A stretch of 64,000 nt of DNA. Source: Octopus vulgaris. Its lineage: Eukaryota. Made by a program: the position numbers and the translations under genes. The stretch is from NCBI GenBank assembly GCA_951406725.2, contig OX597833.1:15128001-15192000 (forward strand), in the 5' to 3' direction. Below, in pieces: positions 39,231 to 52,014 of this stretch. A model generated the notes under the pieces. That model was given only the letters and a program-made list of their open reading frames with translations. It searched no databases and was not told the DNA's origin. Numbering within the stretch: the first letter of the stretch is position 1; each line of letters opens with the position of its first letter.

Positions 39231-40094
39231 CAAGAAAAAAGCAACAAGAATGGATTAGTTGTTCAGTACAAAATTTTTTCATATGAAGAACAGCTTTATT
39301 AAAAGCTGCAAATATTGCAGCAAATTTGCAGCATATACAAGTGTCCCGTATTCATCAGCCAAAACACATATGGGTTTTCCAAACATCCTAGGGGGTGAGG
39401 CTACACTCATGAAGTATCGTAGAGAGTTCTATAAAAAGCAAATTTAGATTGCAAGCAGACCTCCAAAGTTCTCTAATGATGCACAGTTTTATAAAAGGTT
39501 TTAAAAAAGCTTGTTAGCTTCACAGAAAAGGTAAATCCATCCATAATAATGTAGGTGTAATTTCCGGAGATATGAGGAGATATTTCATACTCAGAGACGA
39601 TGAATTTATCCATAATAAAGTAGGTATAATTTCCTGATATATAATTCCAACATAGCAGTTTTGTGAAATGAACAGAAATGTGATCAGCATCTTCTCATAT
39701 ATCAGGAAATTATACCTACTTTATTATGGATAAATTCATCGTCTCTGAGTATGAAATATCTCCTCATATCTCCGGAAATTACGCCTACATTATTATGGAT
39801 GGATTTACCGTTTCTGTGAAGCTAACAAGCTTTTTTAAAACCTTTTATAAAACTGTGCATCATTTGAGAACTTTGGAAGTATGCTTACAATCTAAATTTG
39901 CTTTTTATAGAACTCTCTTCGATACTTCATGAGTGTAGCCTCACCCCTAGGATGTTTGGAAAACTCATATGTGTTTTGGCTGATGAATACGGGACACTTG
40001 TATTTGCTGCAATATTTGCAGCTTTTAATAAAGCTGTTGTTCGTATGAAAAAATTGTACTGAACAACTAATCCATTCTTGTTGCTTTTTTCTTG
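39231..40094. mobile_element. Long foldback element, ~410-bp arms, ~54-bp spacer
   Basis: 39231-39642 is the near-exact RC of 39697-40094. Confidence 0.9.
39975..40063 (+). ncRNA. Hammerhead-like motif with long branched helix II (mirror copy about 39262-39363, - strand)
   Basis: tttgg CTGATGA atacggg [..] ttcgtat GAAA a aatt GTA ctgaa. Position 15.2 is A rather than C, so helix III is mismatched. Confidence 0.5.
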
Positions 40095-40397
40095 TTTATA
40101 ATCACCCCACATTATTTTATGGTTAATACCATATAGATCTCTGATGCATCTAAGTTAAGTACCGCATTCATGTGAATTCATTGGAACTCACTTGAATCTT
40201 AATTGCTTTTACTGAAAAAAAAAAATATATATATATACATAGATATTAGGAAGTTAAAAGTAGTTATTGCGGGTCATATAGAGTACATTGATTTCGCATC
40301 TCTAAAGCGCCGAGCTGTATAGGCAAATTGTCGGGAATTATGATGTACTAGAGATACGTATTCATACACACACACACATACATGCACACACACACAT

Positions 40398-40427
<30 letters not shown>

Positions 40428-40428
<1 letters not shown>

Positions 40429-40641
40429 ATTAGAAAATGTAGAAAAGCACATATTAACAAACATCGATTGGACCAAATTTATAGCTTATGTTTTAATAAA
40501 AAGCATAACAAAACGAAATAGGTGACGTAGATATGTTACGCTTCCTATTTTGCTTTTTCATACTTTGTGTTAAAAAATAAGCTATAAATGTGGTCCAATC
40601 GATGTGTTTGTTAATCAGTGGTTCCTTTCAATTTTCTAATT
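40428..40641. repeat. Foldback with one-sided tail (to about 40878) between TA tracts
   Basis: attaacaaacatcgattggaccaaatttatagctta versus taagctataaatgtggtccaatcgatgtgtttgttaat; ends aattagaaaat/attttctaatt. Confidence 0.8.
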
Positions 40642-40920
40642 CTTTGCATTGGTTCCTGATAAACTCTTGCTTATCCTGATGTAATCTGCACGTTACGTGC
40701 ATGGTGTGTACCTGCACACCAATGCCCGAGGATAATATAGGGAAGGGATACCGATAGTATATACATAGTATAGTATATATAGAGTATATGGAGGGTATAC
40801 CGATAGTATATACGAAGGGATTCCGATAAAATATACGGATATTTTATCCCTTATTATAACCGCTAACTCTGTTTACATTATATATATATATATGTGAGTT
40901 TTTTGAATTTGTGTGTGTGC

Positions 40921-40981
<61 letters not shown>

Positions 40982-41250
40982 TGTCTGTCTGTCTGTCTGT
41001 GTGTGTGTATGTATGTGTGTCGTAAAAACTAGAAGCTATTTCTACATATTAAATATACATTTTTTGAGTTAGTCAAAACAGTTATAGTATAGAAGACTTT
41101 GATATTTCTTATGAGAACGTTTCAAACGCGTCTCTCATACATTGGATCGTTTATTCAAATCTAACCCAGATACGGATCAGTGGTTAGATTTTGTTGTGCT
41201 TTTTCTTTTTGCAATAAACATTTGTACACTATTTTCAGGCCAAACTAATC

Positions 41251-42218
41251 TTGAAGCTGATCTAGTGTTGTGAAGCTGATCTTGTGTCGTGAAGCTGATC
41301 TAGTGTTTTGAGGCTGATCTAGTGTTGCGAAGCTGATCTAGTGTTGCGAAGCTGATCTATTGTTATGAAGCTGATCTAGTGTTGTGAAGCTGATCTAGTG
41401 TTGTGAAGCTGATCTTGTGTTGTGAAGCTGATCTAGTGTTGTGAAGCTGATCTTGTGTTGTGAAGCTGATCTAGTGTTGTGAAGCTGATCTTGTGTCATG
41501 AAGTTGATCTAGTGTTATGAAGCTGATTTAGTGTTGTGAAGCTGATCTAGTGTCATGAAGTTGATCTAGTGTTATGAAGCTGATTTAGTGTTGTGAAGCT
41601 GACCTTGTGTTGTCAATCTGATTTAGTGTCGTGAAGCTGACCTTGTGTTGTGAAGCTGATCTAATGCTGTGAAGCTGATCTAGTGTTGTGAAGCCGATCT
41701 AGTGTTGCGAAGCTGATCTAGTGTTGTGAATATGATTTTGTGTTGTGAAACTGATCTAATGTTGTGAAGCTGATCTAGTGCTGTGAAGCTGATCTAGTGT
41801 TGTGAAGCTGATCTAGTGTTGTGAAGCTGATCTTGTGTTGTGAAGCTGATCTTGTGTTGTGAAGCTGATCTAGTGTTGTGAAGCTGATCTTGTGTTGTGA
41901 AGCTGATCTAGTGTTGTGAAGCTGATCTAGTGTTGTGAATATGATTTTGTGTTGTGAAACTGATCTAATGTTGTGAAGCTGATCTAGTGCTGTGAAGCTG
42001 ATCTTGTGTTGTGAAGCTGATCTTGTGTTGTGAAGCTGATCTAGTGTTGTGAAGCTGATCTAGTGTCGTGAAGCTGATCTAGTGTTGTGAAGCTGATCTA
42101 GTCTTGTGAAGCTGATCTTGTGTTGTGAAGCTGATCTAATGTTGTGAAGCTGATCTTGTGTTGTGAAGCTGATCTAGTGTTGTGAATCTGATCTAGTGTT
42201 GTGAAGCTGACCTAGTGT
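41251..42218. repeat. 19-bp minisatellite, about 51 copies
   Basis: Unit tgaagctgatctagtgttg, contiguous with no spacers. Confidence 0.97.
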
Positions 42219-43203
42219 AGTGTATGTTACTGAATAGTTTGATGGGTAATATGTCGAATGTTACAATCATAAGTGACTGATGGATTAGGCGAATGATTAA
42301 ACAAACAACCGATAAGTTAATTGCTTAAGCAGTTAATTAGTTTGTGCGTTAAATATTGGGATAATGATTTTCCTGATCTACAAAAGAAGATCTATAATTC
42401 TAAGTAATAAGAAAACTAATAAGATGATTAATTGAAATAAGTTCATAGGTTACGTATTTTATTCTAAATGTTGACACCTATCCACTAATCTGTAGTCATT
42501 GGTAGACCGTTGTTCATATGCTCATAATTGTCCTTTAGCAACAAAATGAAACAACTTATATATTATGAGAAAATAATTCGTATTTTGTTGAAGCAATCAT
42601 CGTAAATTTTGAACTATCGTCAACAATCGCCTCTAGAATTTTCTTTTAATTTCTCCAACTTCAATAAACGGAAGTACTTGTTCAGAAGGAATTGATTACT
42701 TCAACATATAACGCAATTATGGGGAATTATACAAAACCGTATCTTTGGTCCTTTGAGTTATTTCCTCTTAACTCTAAAGTAAATGCAGTGCAACAGACGT
42801 AAACTGACATATAAATACATATAGGCACAAGCAACCACTGCAAACATAGATTTACACTCACACACATACACACACCCATACACGCACAGAGACTCAAATA
42901 CATACATATAGCCGGTCTGTTTGTGCACTGCCAATCTGGGTCATTCTTCAGTCGAATACTCTGTAACTAAAGCAGTAAATATAACCATACCCGCTAGTAT
43001 CATACATATAGAACCAATTTTCCTTTACAATTATTCTATGTTTGTGCATTACTATACGTTTAACTTTTCGTTAAATGTGTCATGTGCATAATATCTCATT
43101 TAATCTAGTTAACACGTAGCTTCTGAATCTTTGAATTTCGTGTGTATATATACATACATATATATATATATAATTTAAAAGTAGCGGAAATAAAAAAAAA
43201 AAG

Positions 43204-43241
43204 CTGTTACTCAGAGTTTCAGGTTCCCGTTCGTCGGAAAG
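43204..43241 (-). ncRNA. Hammerhead-like motif, CCGACGA core
   Basis: RC: cttt CCGACGA acgggaacct GAAAC tctga GTA acag. Confidence 0.55.
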
Positions 43242-44046
43242 TTTTTGTTAAAATAGAGCAGAAATAACGATATAACCAAAACTAGTTAATAGAAACACCT
43301 TTAAAAGAAGATTTTTTTCATTGGTCCCTTCAGTTAACGGTCTTAGGCATGCGATGTCCAAAATAAATGAATTCAATATAAATTCATCCAAATTATAAAT
43401 TCGATGAAAACCTTAAATCGAATAGTGGATTCAAAATACATATTGTAAATAATTACATACGAAATATAATTCAATTAATACATTAAAATTAAAATTAAAA
43501 TTTTCACGCTGCATTACATAAATATTTTACAATAATATATACCCATACTAGACCATCTAAAATATATAAATATATATATATATATGTGTGTGTATATACA
43601 TTAAAATACACGGATTTATACACACAGCAACATACATATACAGCCATATATATGTAAGACATAAATATACGCACAAATATACATATACATATGTACTTAT
43701 TTGCACGCAACTATAACCGCATACGAATATCTCTTGGTGTATACATATAGAAGTTATAACAGACAACGTAGATGTGAAGTATATCTTAAACGTAGGAGGG
43801 GAGAAAGAAAAGGAAAAGAAGGATCCTAAAGGTAACAGCTAGCGAAAAAAAGAGGTAAGGGGAAGGAGAGGAACGCATTGTTAAAGGTTGCTATCAAAGT
43901 AACGAATAGGGAGAGAACGGATACTTCGCGTAAGGAAAAGAAAGAAAAAAGATAGGTGGCGGAATATGTGTAATAAATGTACACAAAATAGAATTACATA
44001 TAAATGTGTATACACAAGTGTATATTAGCATAAATACTCATATAAG

Positions 44047-44098
<52 letters not shown>

Positions 44099-44172
44099 GT
44101 AACATAATTTCATCACACACAACATGGACAAATTTCTTAAGAAAAAATACATATTCAAATAAGTAAAATATA

Positions 44173-44207
44173 ATATCATGAATAGCGATAGCGAAACCGG
44201 TCGATAT
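44173..44207 (+). ncRNA. 35-nt minimal hammerhead-like motif with A3/U8 core
   Basis: atatc ATGAATA gc gata gc GAAAC cg GTC gatat. Perfect 5-bp helix I and palindromic accggt; lies in a ~170-bp insert between TA tracts. Confidence 0.6.
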
Positions 44208-44265
44208 ATTAAAAATTATATAAAAAATTATATGTAAGTGTGCGTATTTTCCTTTTTTAATTTCT

Positions 44266-44316
<51 letters not shown>

Positions 44317-44820
44317 AAATATGCACGTAAATAACACATCCACTCAAATATAGGTGTATACATGCATACATATACATCCATTTTCGTATGTGCACGAGTA
44401 TAAACATACACGCTTACTTACACATATGCATAGACGCACACATACGAATACATATACAGGCAAACAATACAGACATCCAAATAAAAACATAACTTTTTTG
44501 AAAAATTGCTGAGTGCATAATAATAAAAATCGGATAAAAGACATGCAAAATAGAACACCATATCTCGACTTATCTACAAATATAAGGATTAAGTGGGTTT
44601 CTAAAATACAATAAAATGAAATAAAAATAAAGATAAACTCTTAGACATGAAAATAATATATACATATAACAATCGAAGGTTTTCTTGAGAAATATGTCGA
44701 AATATATACAATATTTTTCGATGCGAAATAAAGTGTCTTACTCAAGAATACAACACGCAGCTCGATCCGGGAATCGAACTCACAACCTCACGATCACAGC
44801 CTCGACGCTCTAACCACTGA

Positions 44821-44927
<107 letters not shown>

Positions 44928-44962
44928 GGACTTTAACGCAGGTATAAATCAAATACTTTTAC

Positions 44963-45045
44963 TTTCGACACATGTTTCGAAGACTTCACTGATATTATTC
45001 AAAAGAATAAATGGTATTAAACAATGCAATTTTCTCGTCGGGGAA
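44963..45045 (-). ncRNA. Hammerhead-like motif, CCGACGA core, long helix II
   Basis: RC: ttcc CCGACGA gaaaattgcattg..cagtgaagtcttc GAAAC atgt GTC gaaa. Confidence 0.5.
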
Positions 45046-45439
45046 GGGAAAAAACGAAACTCGTCAATAAGAGATTTTAACAGAAATAAAGTGAAATAAA
45101 GTGTCTTGCTCAATTAAAGTATCCTGGTAACTAAGACAAGGTAGAAAATGCTAACATTTTTTCATCATCAAGAACATTTTAGAATCGGTTTCAGTATTTT
45201 TGATTTTTTCAACATAGAGATAATAGTGAGAAAGAAATTGTGAAAAAAGTAAAGGAAATGTTTCATTAAAATATTTCCATAGTTTCCAAACGCAAGAAAC
45301 ATTTTCCTTTTTTCTGTCTGTGTCTCCCTTCTTTTTACTCTTGTGAAGTTTTCGCAGCAGGTAGTAGTTAATAGTATTTCAAAATTAATATTTGTTTCGA
45401 GTCCTTGGTTTTGATTTTTTAAAGATCAGTAGTAGCAGT

Positions 45440-45517
45440 GAAGAAGAAGAAGAAGAAGAAGAAGAAGAAGAAGAAGAAGAAGAAGAAGAAGAAGAAGAAG
45501 AAGAAGAAGAAGAAGAA
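45440..45517. repeat. (GAA)n microsatellite
   Basis: Directly visible. Confidence 0.98.
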
Positions 45518-45767
45518 AGTGGGAAAGAAGGGAAAGAGTAATAAAAATACGGGAGTGCTATCATAGTTGTAGGATGCTGTTGGAATCCTCTTAAATGGTC
45601 AAGTGACCTGTGAGTGACATGTTGTGATTGTAATATTAGTGATTGGAATAGTCCTGAATAAATTCATGGCTAGTGACTGGAGTCGTTGTTATCGTCTATC
45701 TAACCTCACTAGCAAATTGCTGACCCGGCACCTAAATCATAAACTTCTGCATCAATAAATATACATG

Positions 45768-45816
<49 letters not shown>

Positions 45817-46660
45817 GTGTGCGTATGTGTGTGTATACTTGCGTATATATGTGCGTAGTGTCTGCGTGTCTGTATTTGAATTTTTATATGAGATCTTGGT
45901 TGATTTACTCTTTCAAGTGCGTTTCATGTGAAACCGTGAGCTGTAAATATTATTGTTTGAAGGTTCACTTTGCCAATAAAATTCTTATGAAATGGTTATA
46001 GTCCATTGCTTTTTTGTTCAGTTAGCCATTATATATTGTTTATCTCTCTATTGATTCTGGTTATTTACTTTTTGTCAAAATATTTTTCAGCGTAAATATG
46101 TTTGACCTTTTGAATTAACATCCATCTTGAAACATATTTTAATTTTGTTTTTATTATATGTACATGGCTATGCGTTATTTATGCGCCACTGTCGTTGCTG
46201 CAACGCACTAAGCTCAAGCATGGCGAAAAAATAAGTACTTTGCGATATTTTTTCCAGATATTGATTCCAGCGTTCATTTCCCAACATGGATTTGAACCGA
46301 GAGGGTTTGCTGAAAAATAAATTACTTTCCCCTGAAAAATTGCAGCCTCGTTATCTAAGTCATTAAAGGCCATAATTAGAATATTTTTAAATTCCATCAT
46401 TTATCATTTACTTATTTCAGTAAATGACTGTATTTCCTCTAAGATGTGGCACCGCTTCGAAGAAATTTGGTCGAAAGAACTAAACACCAGTACTCATACG
46501 TTAAAGTTTGTACTTATTTTATCGTAGCTTTTGCCGAAACGCTAAGTTACGACGACGAAAACACACCAATGCTGATCGTCATACGTTGATATGGGACAAA
46601 CCGAAATACATACATACAAACACACACACACTCAAATCATGCGTACACACATACATACTA

Positions 46661-47230
46661 ATAGAGGGGACAAACAAGGACAAACATAGGTATTAAGTCG
46701 ATTACAACGACCCCAGTGCGTAATTGGTACTTAATTTATGTACCTCGAAAGGATGAAAGGCAAAGTCGAATTCGGCTGAATTTGAACTCAGAACGTAGCG
46801 GCAGACACACTACCTATTTCTTTACTACCCACAAGGGGCCAAACACAGAAAGGACAAACAAGGACAGACAAACGGATTAAATTGATTACATCGACCCAGT
46901 GCGTAACTGGTACTTAATTTATCGACCCAGAAAGGATGAAAGGCAAAGTCGACCTCGGCGGAATTTGAACTGAGAACGTAACGGCAGACGAAATACCTAT
47001 TTCTTTACTACCCACAAGGGGCCAAACACAGAAAGGACAAACAAGGACAGACAAACGGATTAAGTTGATTACATCGACCCCAGTGCGTAACTGGTACTTA
47101 ATTTATGTACCTCGAAATGATGAAAGGCAAAGTCGAATTCGGTTGAATTTGAACGCAGAACGTAGCGGCAGACACACTACCGCTACGCATTTCGCCCGGC
47201 GCGCTAACGTTTCTACCAGCTCGCCGCCTT
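46661..47230 (-). mobile_element. SINE-B trimer
   Basis: Junctions acc|tatttc at about 46814 and 46998. Confidence 0.9.
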
Positions 47231-47359
47231 CTTAGTGATAATAATGAGTAATCCATAATATCGACAGAAAGAACATTAAGATTATATAAAATATCACATA
47301 ACGTTATATAAATTGTGTGATGGTAGTATATTTAAAATCTGGTTCCAAAAGAAAATGTA

Positions 47360-47966
47360 TAAATCCTTAAAAATCCTTTAAAATGTTTTAGCCCGAAGGC
47401 CGCGGCCATGCTGGGGCACCACCGCTGAATGAGCTACACTAATATGTGAATCGACCTCTGATACGTGGCACTTGATCGACAAGGGAGTTCGATGCTGAAG
47501 CCGCATCTGCGTCTCCTGTCGTGAGGTAGGTTCATCTGGGACTCACGACAAGAAGAGATCCAGTTTAGTTTTAAAGAAACCCACATCCACACCATGTAAG
47601 TCTCTCAGGCATTTAGGGAGGATGTTAAAGAGCTGTGGTCCTCTGAAACCCAAGCTGTTGCAGTATCTGGACCTGTATTTTGATGGTGATGTTGGAATCT
47701 TTGACACCATGCAGTGGCGCCCCGTTCTGCGGTTGGGGTAACTTTGAATGCCAAAGTTTGGGACAAGACCCTCCAGGATTTTCCAGATGTATATCACCGC
47801 ATATCTCTCCCGCCTCCGCTCTTTCCCAGTAGCTGATATTTTGCAGTGAGACGATTTTCTTTGTGTAGCTTCTCTGAATTGCTTCGAGTTCTGCTGTTAG
47901 TTTTATATTGTGTGGTGACCATAGTTGGGAGCAGTAGTCCAAGCGGCTGAGGACAAATGTTTTCGA
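47360..47966 (-). mobile_element. CR1-group LINE 3' fragment (ORF2 C-terminus plus 3' UTR)
   Basis: KTFVLSRLDYCSQLWSP..ELEAIQRSYTK..SYWER..IYIWKILEG..GPQLFNILP..FKTKLDLFL, the typical CR1/L2 post-RT region. Contains a deletion/frameshift. Confidence 0.88.
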
Positions 47967-49495
47967 TAGGTAAGACAATGCAAAATTCTTGATTAGCATT
48001 CAAACAGAGAATATGTAAATCAGGGTGAATAATAAAATGCTCAAATGTGGTAGACAAAAGCGATGACATTTATTTTAATGATGAATATTTCCGCTTACTG
48101 GAATTCAAATATAAATGCACAGAAGACAAAGTAAAACGAAAAAGGGTCTCACATGGATAGAGATAGAACTTTTGGGTAGGTACAGATCCGCAGAGGGTGA
48201 AGATATCCCGATTCAGAAGCATGTCATCAACACTGTTTATATTGAAATGAGTATCCACAGCTACTTTAATATGAGAAAGACAAGTGTTGCTTGCGTTGTG
48301 TCGTTCCTGAAAGAAAACAAAAGGTTATATGAAGAACCTGGATTTGGACTGTTGATACATAAATAAATACGGTTTTTATGAAGCATTACCGTTTGTCTGA
48401 GTCAAAAGATTACATGTGGTAAATTTATTCAAAACCTATCAAACCACTGGTATAAAATATTGGAATGTTTCAACTCACATTCACCGAAGACACAACTTAC
48501 ACTTCAGAATCGATCCGCGCTTCTTCTATTATTCTTTTCTCTGATAAAATGACAGTTTATTTACTGAAGCCATGCATATTGTTTTTCTAGTGTATAAAAC
48601 TAGGCAGAAACAAAAATTTCGTTTCTTTGCCCCATTGTTTCAATTTCAGGCGTTCATATTATTGAGGTTTCTAGTTATTCTGATGGACTATATAATTTAA
48701 TTTTCTTATCGTTGGACAAGAAAATCAATGCCATTTAAATATATTATATAATAATAATTCAGACCGCTCCTAGATTTACCATAAATATTCTGGGTACCAA
48801 TAATCTTAACGATATCTGGTTCGTATATCGTATCCAGTGATTTGTTAAACACCAACGTCTATATTTTTAACTGCCTTCAGACCACGTTGTTGCAGTCGTT
48901 CGCTATCTGTCCATCAACAAATTCCTAGATTCCTTCAAAGTACTTCGGTAGCACTTAAGTAGATTATGGAACTACGTTCGTCTTCTGACTGCAGCATTGA
49001 TGATAATGCAAAATACATGTTTATTCCAAAGCAATTCTCGTAGTTGTCTATTCTGATGTCGAAATAATTTTTGAAATGCAAGGCACGTAAAAGCCTCGCC
49101 TTGATTGAGACTACTACCACCACCTTGTCAGAATGCAATAAGTTGAAAGATTTTAGCATTTGAACTCGAGTTACCACCTTGTCCATGCCTATTAGTCCGA
49201 ATAAACAATAGCGTCAGCTTGGGGAAGAATGTTATGTGAATTCTTCATCGCGTAAGACATGAATAATATCAGAAGAGAGATAAATACAAACATATTTACT
49301 TATATAATTCCACACACAATGCTGTCGGCAAAAATATGAATTCGTGTTTGCCGCTGTGCAACAATTTCGTTTCTGATTTTTCGTTTTATATTTGACAATG
49401 ATGGACGTCTAGGAGTATTTTTGAAAGTATGGCTTACGCAGTTGTATATTTTCGATGAAATCTTTTTTCCATTCCTGCTGTAATACTTTCAGACA

Positions 49496-50462
49496 GGAGG
49501 CGCAATGGCCCAGTGGTTAGGGTGTTGTGAGTGTTTATTGAGCGAAAACACCTAAAGCTCCACGACGCTCCGGCAGGGGATGGATGGTAGTGATCCCTGC
49601 TGTACTCTTCCACCACAACTTTCTCTCACTCTTACTTCCTGTTTCTGTTGTACCTGTATTTCAAAGGGCCGGCCTTGTCACTCTCTGTGTCACGCTGAAT
49701 ATCCCCGAGAACTACGTTAAGGGTACACGTGTCCGTGGAGTGCTAAGCCACTTACACGTTAATTTCACGAGCAGGCTGTTCCGTTGATTCGGATCAACCG
49801 GAACCCTCATCGTCGTAACCGACGGAGTGCTTCCATCCACTAACTAATAGAAAATGTTTAAAATGCTCCACGAGGCTCCGGCAGGGGATGGATGGTAGTG
49901 ATCCCTGCTGTACTCTTTCACCACAACTTTCTCTCACTCTTACTTCCTGTTTCTGTTGTACCTGTATTTCAAAGGGCCGGCCTTGTCACTCTCTGTGTCA
50001 CGCTGAATATCCCCGAGAACTACGTTAAGGGTACACGTGTCTGTGGAGTGCTCAGCCACTTACACGTTAATTTCACGAGCAGGCTGTTCCGTTGATTCGG
50101 ATCAACCGGAACCCTCATCGTCGTAACCGACGGAGTGCTTCCATCCACTAACTAATAGAAAATGTTTAAAATGTCAGTTATATTATAAGTTCCACGAGGC
50201 TCCGGCAGGGGATGGTAGTGATCCCTGCTGTACTCTTTCACCACAACTTTCTCTCACTCTTACTTCCTGTTTCTGTTGTACCTGTATTTCAAAGGGCCGG
50301 CCTTGTCACTCTCCGTGTCACGCTGAATATCCCCGAGAACTACGTTAAGGGTACACGTGTCTGTGGAGTGCTCAGCCACTTACACGTTAATTTCACGAGC
50401 AGGCTGTTCCGTTGATCGGATCAACCGGAACCCTCATCGTCGTAACCGACGGAGTGCTTCCA
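49496..50462 (+). mobile_element. SINE-C type 1 trimer with non-SINE spacers
   Basis: Three units inside one TSD actttcagaca (49485 and 50466). Confidence 0.9.
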
Positions 50463-50849
50463 CACACTTTCAGACACTTTGCGAGCGCCACCACTGTCAT
50501 GCCTATTTCAATGAGCGTTAGTATAAAAGTAATTAACACTGGCGTTGTATTGAGCAGTGGTGGTTATAATATTGAGGTCTGTAGTATTTTCTGATCTTTA
50601 CTGAAATATTGTTGAGAGTACAGTATTTCATTTCCGTTCTTTTTCATCATATTCAGTATACACCTATTATATTAATCCTCGAGCAAGAAGGAATTTTTGC
50701 AAGGGTGTCAGGGATCTTCACACGTTTGTATCTTTATAAAAATGATTTTTTTCACCGATAGAGCTAACTATTGATTTGCGCGTCAGTTAGTTATATACTA
50801 CAGTAACCAGGAAGATTAGACAATAATAATAATAGAAATAATAATAATA

Positions 50850-51151
50850 GGGCTGATTGCTATCTAACTCAGATACCAGGAAACCCCAAAATGGCAGAAA
50901 TTCAAAAGATAGTGCTCATGGGAACTGCTCAAATCCTACGCAAAATACTTTCTATGTAATCTCAAGTTTTAAAAGAAACATAATTTTCGGGTTTTTTCTT
51001 TTAGACATTCACTAGTACAACACAAAAAAAAAAACAAATATATGGCACGCTAGGCATAACAACAACATGAACTTCCAACTTGTTGTCTCTTGCGGTCTCT
51101 GGGTGAGACTTGGAGCCAACTTGTACAAATATAAAGCAAAAGTCAAACATA

Positions 51152-51152
<1 letters not shown>
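50850..51152 (+). mobile_element. R4/Dong-like LINE 3' end, subfamily 2
   Basis: Encodes EIQKIVLMGTAQILRKILSM*, then a UTR ending in (TAA)n. The same UTR end recurs at 52541-52654. Confidence 0.8.
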
Positions 51153-51200
<48 letters not shown>

Positions 51201-51202
<2 letters not shown>

Positions 51203-52014
51203 AAAGAAAAATCCCAGCAATGGTTGAGAAGCTCAGGACTCAAAGCAGAAACAGAGGGATTTTTAATTGCAGCACAAGACCAAAGCCTCCCCACCAGAAA
51301 TTACCAAAAACATGTAATGAAAAGAAATATTACAAGTAACTGCAGAATATGTGGAGATGGACAAGAAACAATAAATCATATTATCTCTAGCTGCCCAGTC
51401 CTGGCTAAGAAGGAATATATTCACAGACATGACAGAGTTGGAACCTACATACATTGGAAGCTATGCCAACATTATGGAATAACAACAGAAAAAAGATGGT
51501 ATAGGCACACACCAGAAAAGGTCACAGAAAACGAGAAAGCAACCATACTCTGGGATATGCCGATACACACAGATAGAGAAATTAAGGCCAACAGACCAGA
51601 TATAGTTGTCAGAGATCATGAAGAAAAAAAATGCTTTTTAATTGATGTATCAATACCGGCAGATGACAACGTGTCTCTAAAAGAAATGGAGAAACTCTCA
51701 AAATACAAAGACCTGGAAATAGAGGTAACTAGAATGTGGAATCTGAAAACAGAAACAATTCCTATCATAGTAGGTGCATTAGGCATGATAAAAAAATATT
51801 CAGACAAATACATAACAAAAACACCAGGACTTACAAACACATATAACATACAGAAAATTGCACTACTAGGCACGGCACACATCCTACGCAGAACACTTTC
51901 CATACAATAACCATCAGAGCATCACAACAAATCACAGCACATACCCAAGGCACACAGAGCTGCGCTCGGTAGTGAAGTGAAAGCACGCTATAAAAATAAA
52001 AATAAAACTACTGA
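51201..52014 (+). mobile_element. R4/Dong-like non-LTR retrotransposon 3' fragment (CCHC finger plus restriction-like endonuclease)
   Basis: ORF to 51910: AAQDQ..CRIC..ETINHIISSC..RHD..RPDIV..IDVSIP..KLSKY..GALG. Flanked by (TAA)n, the known Dong target. Confidence 0.9.

Noticed and set aside
41251-42218. CRISPR array
   Set aside because: Contiguous 19-bp units with no unique spacers, no cas genes, eukaryotic context.
49584-50415. Repeated 67-aa MVVIPAVLFHH ORF as a gene family
   Set aside because: Incidental frame in the SINE-C body. The same applies to the recurrent SINE-A and SINE-B ORFs.
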